From Pseudomonadota bacterium (GTDB taxonomy: Bacteria > Bdellovibrionota > FAC87 > UBA2466), in NCBI GenBank assembly GCA_043767805.1, contig JAYUGC010000101.1, positions 1-29,719 on the forward strand: 29,719 nt of DNA, given 5' to 3'. Below the pieces are notes generated by a model. The model was not told the DNA's origin. It worked only from the letters and a program-made list of their open reading frames with translations, and made no database searches. Positions 1-7,900 of this stretch are shown piece by piece (the first letter of the stretch is position 1; each line of letters opens with the position of its first letter). Position numbers and translations under genes: made by a program.

Positions 1-95
1 AAGCCGGGAGCGCTCCTCATGCAAGGAGCCTAGGGGAGCGTGTTTCTTAGAGGATTACGCGACCCGCACACACTCAAGTAGGCCAGGTATATGAG

Positions 96-1967
96 TTAAC
101 CGTTCGCCAGAGGCAGTGGCGGCACCGGTTCCGGCGCGGAAAAACCGAAGACGCGCGAATAGAAATAGAGCTCGCACTCGAGCGCGCGTTGCTGGCTCGC
201 CGCCCGGCGGAATCCGTGGCCTTCGCCTTCGAAGGGAACGTACGCGGTGAGCACGCCCTTGGCTTTGACCGCCTCATACAGCGTTTCGCTTTGGTTGGGC
301 GGCACTACCTCGTCGTCTAAACCCTGAAAAAAGATGACCGGCGTCGATAGTCGGTCGATTTGTTTCGACGGCGATCGCTCGTCGAGAAGGGTTTCAGTCG
401 GTTTCGGCGCGATGAGAAAATCGTCGTAGCGGCTCTCGAACTTGTGGGTCTCCGCGATGAGCAGGCGAATGTCACTCACGCCGTAGTAGCTGGCGCCCGC
501 CTTGAAGGGCGTCGGCGAAAGGAGCGCGCAAAGCGTGGTGTAGCCCCCCGCGCTGCCGCCTCGGATCGCAAATCCACTCGCCTCTTTTTTCTCGGTGAGG
601 TAGCGAACTGCGGCGCGCGTGTCCTCGACGTCGACGACTCCCCACAGTCCCCGCAAACGTTCGCGGTAAGCGCGGCCGAAGCCGGTGCTCCCGCCGTAGT
701 TGATGTCGGCGACCGCGAATCCCCGGCTGGTCCAATATTGAATGCCGAGCTCCATGCCGGTGGACGCATTGCCCGTCGGGCCGCCGTGCAAAACGACGAG
801 ACAGGGCGGAAGCGCTCCTTTCGGCCCTTCGAGCCCGGGATTGTGGGGCCGGTACAAAAATCCATGGGTGGGCTTGTCGCCGTATCCTTTAAAGGTGAAA
901 GGCTCGGGCTTGGAGATGCCCGCAAGCTCGATCGAATGAGAGCGGCGGATGACCTGAAAGGTTTGGCCGTCCGAGCGGACTAGTTCCTGAGGCCCGTCGG
1001 GCCGGCCGCCGACATAAGCGAACTCACCGCCGGAACTTTTCAGTAGATGGATGTCGGTGTGAGGACAGGGAACGTCCCGCAACTTTCCTGACGTGAGCTC
1101 GGCCAGATGGGAGCGGCCGTTGCTTTGATAGGTGACGATGAGGCGGTTCTCGCCCAGAAAAGCGTAGGTGGACTCCCCAAAGACCCAAAGGGGCAAACCA
1201 AACTCGGCTTCTTTCGGAAAGAGGGGAACGGCTTTTCCGCCGTCCCAGCGATAGAGGTTCCACCAGCCCGTCGTGTCCGAAATGAAATGAAGGCGGCCGC
1301 CCGGAGACCATTCCGGCTGGCAGACGGATTCTCCCGGTCCTCCTGCGACTCGCCTGGCGTCGGTCACTTCGCCTTTGGAGGAAAGCGAACCTAGCCAAAT
1401 TTCGCTTTCGTCCCAAGGAAGGTGAGGATGATTCCATTGCATCCAGGCCATCTGCTTTCCGTCGGGAGAGACGCGCGGGAACGCGTAGAAATCGGCGCCT
1501 TCGACAATCCTTCGCGGCAAGCCGCCATTAAGCGAGACCGCCGCCAGGAAATTTTGCTTCTTCTCTTCGCCCACCAAAATGAGCCGCTCCCGGTTGGCGT
1601 CGACCGCGCCGTCGGCAAAGCGGGGGCCGGCCTCGGTGAGCGGCTCGGCCCCCGCAAACGCCGTCGCTTTGAACCAGCGCTGGTCGGAAAAGTTCGCGTA
1701 GTAGAGTTTATCCTGATGCGCGAGAAAGGAGCCGCCGCCGTACTCGTGCACGCGGGTGCGGGCATTGGTGCCTTCCGGCGAGGCTTCCCGGACGCTCTCC
1801 TCGGGAGCCTGACATACGATGGCCTGTCGTCCTCCTTCGAGTGGCCGTGTTTCGAGCCAGTAGAGGCGGGCGCCGTCCCACGCCAAATCGCGAAAGCGGA
1901 GCGTGCTGGAGGAGAGTTGACTCGCGGACAGGGAGCTCGGCCATGAGCCGAACGGCAGCGTCTTCAT
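96..1967 (-). CDS. S9 family (prolyl oligopeptidase / dipeptidyl-aminopeptidase / acylaminoacyl-peptidase-like) serine peptidase
   Basis: 623 aa. N-terminal PFGSWPS and RTRVHEYGGG motifs, propeller-like WD40/PD40-type segments, HGGP oxyanion motif, nucleophile GGSAGG, catalytic Asp (QGLDDEVV) and His (EGHGF). Confidence 0.93.
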   Translation of the reverse strand: MKTLPFGSWPSSLSASQLSSSTLRFRDLAWDGARLYWLETRPLEGGRQAIVCQAPEESVREASPEGTNARTRVHEYGGGSFLAHQDKLYYANFSDQRWFKATAFAGAEPLTEAGPRFADGAVDANRERLILVGEEKKQNFLAAVSLNGGLPRRIVEGADFYAFPRVSPDGKQMAWMQWNHPHLPWDESEIWLGSLSSKGEVTDARRVAGGPGESVCQPEWSPGGRLHFISDTTGWWNLYRWDGGKAVPLFPKEAEFGLPLWVFGESTYAFLGENRLIVTYQSNGRSHLAELTSGKLRDVPCPHTDIHLLKSSGGEFAYVGGRPDGPQELVRSDGQTFQVIRRSHSIELAGISKPEPFTFKGYGDKPTHGFLYRPHNPGLEGPKGALPPCLVVLHGGPTGNASTGMELGIQYWTSRGFAVADINYGGSTGFGRAYRERLRGLWGVVDVEDTRAAVRYLTEKKEASGFAIRGGSAGGYTTLCALLSPTPFKAGASYYGVSDIRLLIAETHKFESRYDDFLIAPKPTETLLDERSPSKQIDRLSTPVIFFQGLDDEVVPPNQSETLYEAVKAKGVLTAYVPFEGEGHGFRRAASQQRALECELYFYSRVFGFSAPEPVPPLPLANG

Positions 1968-1982
1968 GAGCGCATTAAACCA

Positions 1983-2591
1983 TTAAAGAGACACGCCATG
2001 AAGTTTTAGGTATTTTTCCACCTCACTCGCCGAGCGTGCGACTTTCGCGGCGTTCATGCCGACCGCTTGAGCCCCGATGACGTTTTCCTCTCGGTCGTCC
2101 AGGAATAATATCTCAGAGGGAGCGAGATCCACGGCTTCGCAAACGCGTAGATAAATCTCCCGCTCGGGCTTGCGGCATTTGAGGTCATAGCTCGTAAACA
2201 CTTCCCGAAAATGCCGCATCGCCGGGTACTGATTCATACGGCGCATATGCATGGGATTCGCGTTGGTCAGAGCGTAAAGCGGAAGCTTGGGAGCGACTCG
2301 GGTTAAGAGCCCGTCGATGCCGGGAACTTCTCCAAGAAAGATCGTGTTCCATGCCCGCTCGAACTCACCGAAAGAGAGCGGCCTCGCGAGAGAGGGGAGA
2401 AGGGCGTTCACGAAGCCCGCCTCATCCAATGTTCCGCGCTCGAATGCATCGAAGTGGCTCAGCCGATCCAAGCTTTGCATCGCCGTTTGTTCGGTCAGCG
2501 GATGCGGAAGGCCGATGGCGTTTAGCATGATCCTGAAATCGATCTCGACGACGACGTTACCCAAATCGAGGAGAAGCGCTTTGATGGCCAT
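1983..2591 (-). CDS. HAD-superfamily hydrolase, subfamily IA (YihX-like sugar-phosphate phosphatase)
   Basis: 202 aa. Motif I LLDLGNVV, motif II LTN, motif III RKPE, motif IV FLDD. Ends 15 bp before the S9 gene start, so likely co-transcribed. Confidence 0.9.
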   Translation of the reverse strand: MAIKALLLDLGNVVVEIDFRIMLNAIGLPHPLTEQTAMQSLDRLSHFDAFERGTLDEAGFVNALLPSLARPLSFGEFERAWNTIFLGEVPGIDGLLTRVAPKLPLYALTNANPMHMRRMNQYPAMRHFREVFTSYDLKCRKPEREIYLRVCEAVDLAPSEILFLDDREENVIGAQAVGMNAAKVARSASEVEKYLKLHGVSL

Positions 2592-2967
2592 TGAGGCTAA
2601 GAATAGCGGGGGACGCTTGCCCCGTCACGGCGCACGCTCGCCGTGGCCCCGTTAAAAAGTACATAAGAATAATTATACGACAATCGGTATACATCCCACC
2701 GCCGCGGGGCGGGAGGCGGCTCGGGGAAGAAGGAGCTCCTTAGAAAAACCTGTCGCCAAACCATCACGGTCGGGCGCAGCTGCCCAGGTATACGACACCC
2801 CAGGAGCCTCTGCCGAGGAATGGCAACTCACTAAGTCTTCGGTCCTGCCTTTCTTTTTTGTTTCTTTCCGGAATACGACCCGTCGGAAAAACTGGTCCCG
2901 TCTATGCATTTAGGAATCACCGAGACTAGTGGACGTTTGTAGAAGCTGTGAGGCGGACTTGTTGACG

Positions 2968-4467
2968 GTGAGGATAACGGTCCTGTGCTTGGCCCTCCTG
3001 GGCCTCGTCGAGTCGAGTGAAGCGGCGACGCTTTTCATTCGAGGGCGCCGCGGTCCGATCGTTACGAACGACTCCAATCGGCTTCTCAAGGCGCGCACCT
3101 TCAAGTCGGCTCCGAATTTGGTTTTCTTCAACGGCGGAATTTTTGAGAGAGATCGTTTGGGGCGGATTAATTCACTGAAAATTGACATGAAGTCGGGCCG
3201 GCTCCTCGGGGCGAAAGAAGCCGCGACCTCCGGCCAGCTGGCGTCGATGCTCGCGAAAAACATCGGCAAATTTTCCGGCCGCGCCTTGCAAGCGATCTCG
3301 AAGTTCGTGCGGGCCAACTTGCGTCCCTCGATCGGCACGGCGAGCGCGCCTCGCCGTGCGTCACCTGACATTGCCGCGGGTCAGCCCGCGGGAAGCTCCC
3401 CGCGGGCCGGTCGCGTTCCGCTCGATCCGCAGGACGCGAAGCACGGGCAGGGTACCGCCGTGAACACGTCTCCTCGCGGTGGCTCCAGCAGCCGACGCGC
3501 CTCCGCCGAGGAAACCGCCACCGAGCCCGCGGGCATGTGTACGGATTTGAACTCTTCTCTTTGTTCCGGATCGGTCCGCCAGAACTCGCTGCGCCGAGCG
3601 TCCGATACGAAACGCTCCCTCGTGCAGTCGTTCATCCGGGAGGCCCGTATCGATGGGGGCACCTTTGCGAACATCATGAACGGCATTCTCGACGAGCCTA
3701 ACCGGTTCGGGAAAGCTTACGCGGCTTTTACCGGTTTCTTGAGCGGCAAAATTGGAAACGACGTCAAGTCCGCTTTGTCGACCGCCCGAAGCGCGCTGCT
3801 TGCCTCGATTGAATCGCAACGCCTGTCGGACGCGGCCAAGGACGCCGTCCGGGAACGGCTTACCTCGGTTAAATTTCGATTCGCCCCGAACTTCCAAAGC
3901 GGCCGATCGCTTCAGGCCTTCGTGGAGAACTGCGGCCCCGACGGCATGGGCGACGGCGCCTTCGCCATCCCATCCGAAAAGGAAGTGGTCATTTGCCCGG
4001 GCATCATCTTCGGCGGGCTGGGTAAGGGCGGAGACTTGATTAGCCATCTGACCCACGTCATCGCCCATGAGATGGGTCATCACGTCGGTGCCGACAAGGT
4101 TCCCGATTCTTCGACGGGCTTTGGCGTCTTCAAGCCGCTCTATAAGAACATGGAGCAGTGCTACCGGGATTCCTACAAGGGCTTGGACCAAAGCAAAATG
4201 GGAGAAGTCGCCGCTGATAACTGGGGCGTAGAGGCGCTCGCGGTTCAGCTTCGCGGCAAATCTCCGGCTGAATCGCTGGATTTTCTGCGTAATGCGCTGG
4301 CTCCGCTTTGCGGGACTGCGGGTAGCCCGGACCACCCGCCCGGAAGTTTCAGGATCAATGTGACGCTGGGCCGCAATCCGCGGATTCGGGAAATCTTGGG
4401 CTGCACGCCGCCGTCGGCGGAACGCCCGGCGTGCACCATTGGCGGGACCGAGCCGGACTGGCTCTGA
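2968..4467 (+). CDS. Secreted zinc metallopeptidase, shortened M13 (neprilysin)-like
   Basis: The ORF track starts at 2929. I prefer GTG 2968, which gives signal peptide MRITVLCLALLGLVESSEA and has GAGGCGG upstream. HEMGH at 4066-4080, third-ligand motif GEVAADNWG, and DHPPGSFRIN...C-terminal Cys, all in M13 order. Confidence 0.72.
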   Translation: MRITVLCLALLGLVESSEAATLFIRGRRGPIVTNDSNRLLKARTFKSAPNLVFFNGGIFERDRLGRINSLKIDMKSGRLLGAKEAATSGQLASMLAKNIGKFSGRALQAISKFVRANLRPSIGTASAPRRASPDIAAGQPAGSSPRAGRVPLDPQDAKHGQGTAVNTSPRGGSSSRRASAEETATEPAGMCTDLNSSLCSGSVRQNSLRRASDTKRSLVQSFIREARIDGGTFANIMNGILDEPNRFGKAYAAFTGFLSGKIGNDVKSALSTARSALLASIESQRLSDAAKDAVRERLTSVKFRFAPNFQSGRSLQAFVENCGPDGMGDGAFAIPSEKEVVICPGIIFGGLGKGGDLISHLTHVIAHEMGHHVGADKVPDSSTGFGVFKPLYKNMEQCYRDSYKGLDQSKMGEVAADNWGVEALAVQLRGKSPAESLDFLRNALAPLCGTAGSPDHPPGSFRINVTLGRNPRIREILGCTPPSAERPACTIGGTEPDWL

Positions 4468-4476
4468 GGAGGATGA

Positions 4477-4938
4477 GTGGCTAGACAATTACTTTTAGTG
4501 GTCGCGTATCTAGTGGCGATGGGCATGGCCATCGACAGTATGGGGGCCGAGCGCGGCGAGCTGCCGAGCCTCGAGCTTTCCCGGCATTTCGCGACCGGTG
4601 GCTATGAGTCGCTGACCCTGCAATGCCGTCCCGACCGGACCCGCGAAGAAAATTTCGCCTGCGATTTGAAGCGGCTTCGCAATGGAATGGAAGTCGCGGC
4701 CGTCGTCGTCGACTACCAATGGTCGCGCGAGCAACTGGGCAAGTTTTTTCGCCGGGTCGCGTCCTTGAACGGGGCCCGGGACACGGATCCAAGTCACGTT
4801 TTGCTCAGCTATGACGCTCAGAACGACGGCAAGCGCCTTCAGGGCCGTTTGCGCCGAGGCACCGATTCCGCCGATCCCGAGCACGCTAAAGCGGTCTTGG
4901 CGCTCGAGGGCTCACTCGTCGGCCAGTTCTACAAATAA
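4477..4938 (+). CDS. Hypothetical secreted protein (two Cys), cotranscribed with the metallopeptidase
   Basis: 153 aa. Strong SD GAGGAGG overlapping the upstream stop, hydrophobic N-terminal signal, no recognised domain. Confidence 0.7.
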   Translation: MARQLLLVVAYLVAMGMAIDSMGAERGELPSLELSRHFATGGYESLTLQCRPDRTREENFACDLKRLRNGMEVAAVVVDYQWSREQLGKFFRRVASLNGARDTDPSHVLLSYDAQNDGKRLQGRLRRGTDSADPEHAKAVLALEGSLVGQFYK

Positions 4939-4958
4939 TTTCTTCTTAGATCGAAACC

Positions 4959-7900
4959 CTACTCCTTCACCTTTATCGTGAAGGCCGTGGTGTAAGCCGA
5001 GAACTCGGGCGCATACATCGATTGCAGGAGCGTCGCGCCGAACTTGTACTCGCCGGCGGTCGTTGCCCTCAACCGGTAACGGAGCACAAACTCGCCTTGC
5101 GGTAGCCACGAGATGAAGAAATTCTCCATGGAGTCGCGGATTTCCTCGTAGCGAGAGAGCTGATCCCATTGCCAGCCACTGGTGAGCGTTTCCGGCTCGA
5201 AGCCCGCGGGCCGCGGCGCTTTTAGATGCAAGTACTCGAACGCGCTTCGGCTGTTGATCACGAACTGAACTTCGACCACATCCCCCACGCTTAGCTGATC
5301 GCCCGATGATAGTTTCTCGAGGTTCGTCTTCACCCGCTTGAAGACTCTTCGCTCCAGCTGGATTAGATTATCGGAGGAGTTCGCATGCGCGGCGGGATTA
5401 TCCGTCGAGAAAATCGTGGTGAGAGACGCGATACCAATGCCTGGCCCGCTTCTCGTGAGCTGCAAGGACTGCGACGAAGGCGCGCTCGCAAAAGTCCATC
5501 TGAGCGGCTTGGCGAGGAAGTCCGTGGCCTTGAGGGTAGTGGTCTCTCCTCTTGCGCCCCAGCTCCACTGGTACTTGCTGTCGCCTTTCAGTGCCCCTTT
5601 CGCTTCGAAGTAGCCGATGAGCGCGTAAAGAGCCGCGGCGGAGGTGCGAGTCGATTTCCACTCGTTGCCTTTGCGACTGAAGAGGAGCCATTGAACCAGG
5701 CCAGGAAGGCGGGGATCTTTCGGTTTCAGCTTTTGCAGAGTGCGCAGCAGGAAGGCGTGTTTCTCGTCGGTATCGTGGTACCAGAGCCAGGATAGTTTTT
5801 CCGGCTGCCAGTACACTCCCATGACCTTGTCCTTGCGAGAGCCCGAGAGCGCCCGTTCGAGATAGGCTTGTGCTTTCGTTTCGTCGCCGAGCCGGGAGCT
5901 AATCCAAGCCGCGTAAGCGAGACCGTAAGCGGTGAGCGTCCGGGAGTTGGCTTCCGCGAAGGAAAGCCATTGGGAGACCATCTCTTTACCGCCCGAGGCC
6001 CAGGAGTATTTCTCGGCATAAGCGGAGAGAATGAAGGCGCCGTAAAGGCCCAGGCTCAAGGACGGCTCGTCGGGCTTGAGGTAAGTCTTCAATTCGCTCA
6101 GGACGTACTGAAAGGCTTTCTTGACGAGCGGCTCGGGAATCTTGATGTCGTGGCGGAGCAGGGCCTCGAACCCTTCCAAAACGTAGAGAGTCAGATACAA
6201 GTCCGCCTTGCCGCCCGCAAACCACGGGAAGGCGCCATTGGGCATCTGCTGGCTTTCGAGTTTTTGCAAAGTTTCGTTGGCGATTTTCTGGACGATGGCA
6301 TCCCGAGTTAGATCCGCGGTGGGGAAATTTGCCTCGTAACCCTTACTGGAGACCGCCCAAGGCGTCTCGGCGAGATCCGTGAGCCGGCGGGGATCGGCGA
6401 GATCCCACGAGGGGCGCCGCGTCTTTCGCTGGGGCACTTTGGCGGCGGCTTCTTTCAGCTCCGGGTATTTTTGAAAGAGCCGATGGACCAAGCTCAAGGG
6501 AACGAGACGATCGATTAGCTGTTCCGTACAGTCATGCGGATAAAGCACGAGCTGGGGCAAGCTGTTTAAGAGCATGCCTGCCAGCTGAGGATCCACTTGT
6601 AGCGTCGCGGACTCGAGCTCGTCTCCTTTGACGTGAGAGGGGACTTGAAAGGTCTCCTTCTCGTCGCCTTCCAGGTAGGCGACTTTGGACTCCACCAAAC
6701 GCGAGCGCGAGGGGAGCACGGGAAACTCTCTTTCCTCCGCGTCGACGAGCTTCCCGCTCCGGGCAATGGCGCGCACCTTGTGTTGGCCGAAATCTTTCGG
6801 GGCCCGGATGGTCCAGCTCACCGTGCCGACTCCGGACGGTGGGACCGAAATCGACTTGATCGCGTCCTTCAAGGTGAACGCGGCCGCTGCATCCACGTCG
6901 TTCTTCGTGAGCGCGAGCTGCACTTCGGCGGTGAGCGCTTGTTTCGTCTCATTGTGAACGATGGCTTTGAGTACTCCGCGATCTCCTTCGCGGAAGAAGC
7001 GAGGGGCTTCCACGCGTACCATGATCTCCTTGCGAGTCGCGAAGTCGGCGCTCACCACGCCGGTGCGGACATCTTTAGTCAGTACCGATCCGCTCACTCG
7101 CCAAGACGTGAGTCTTTCAGGCGCGCGAAAATTCAGGGTTGCCTTGCCGTCTTTGACGGCGAGGTGCGGCTCAAAAAGCGCGGTCTCCGACATGTCGCTG
7201 CGCACGACCGCCGACGTTTCTTTCTTTTCCACGGCTTGCTCGGGTGCCGCCCCGGCCATTTTCTTGTTCATGGGCGCGGAAGCGGGAGGAGCCGCGCCGC
7301 CGGCGCCGTCCATGGCGTAGCTTTCGGCATCGCCCTTTTGCAGCATGGCCCGCCCGTAGCCATGCCGGTTTCCTCGGTAGCGCGACTCGAACGGCCGTAA
7401 GGAGGGAGGTGGGGGCACTCTATTGCTGTCGTAGAGCCCACGCAAAATACCCACCTGTTTTTCGAGCCAGCTCGGCTCCACCGGCAATCCTTGCGTCCAT
7501 TGCACGAAATAGGATTGTCCTTCGGCCGTCGGCGGAGGACTCGCCGGATAAAGGCTCGAGGCCCAAGGCGTCGCATCGGTCGCGTAATATTCGAGCGAGC
7601 GATCGAAGACCCTTATGGTGCCTTCGCCGTCCACAGATTTATTGTCATAGGTCTGCACTTTCAGCGCCCAGGACACTTTTTCTCCGGGCTTCACGGCGTT
7701 CGGAGACTGGAGCAAAACGGAAAGCTCCTTCTCGCGCCACGGAACTTCGACGCTGGTCTCACCGTTCCACAAATGGAAGCTATTCACGCCGAACCAGCGC
7801 ACGGAGAAGCCGCCTTTGAGGGCGTCCGTGACGGGCACGCTCACGAGGTGAGCTCCACCGGGCAAGGTCTCGCGCTTGAAGAGGTCCGGGCCGCGCCAAA

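Noticed and set aside
1..95. Possible gene end on + (…MQGA-TAG at 31-33) or gene start on - (ATG at 20)
   Set aside because: Too short to decide; no SD or motif support.
2740..2830. GCCAAACCATC...GGGCGCA resembling the start of a c-di-GMP-I riboswitch
   Set aside because: Lacks the GNRA tetraloop, the GCAAAG element and a convincing P2 stem. Would need an Rfam scan.
2673..2909. 78-aa minus-strand ORF in the intergenic region
   Set aside because: No SD or recognisable motif, and it overlaps putative regulatory DNA.
3361..4488. 375-aa antisense ORF (likewise 8427-9728, 14072-14842, 16836-17711, 19133-20158, 26532-27518, 28065-28826)
   Set aside because: Shadow ORFs opposite well-supported genes, expected in GC-rich DNA; Arg/Ala-rich with no motifs.
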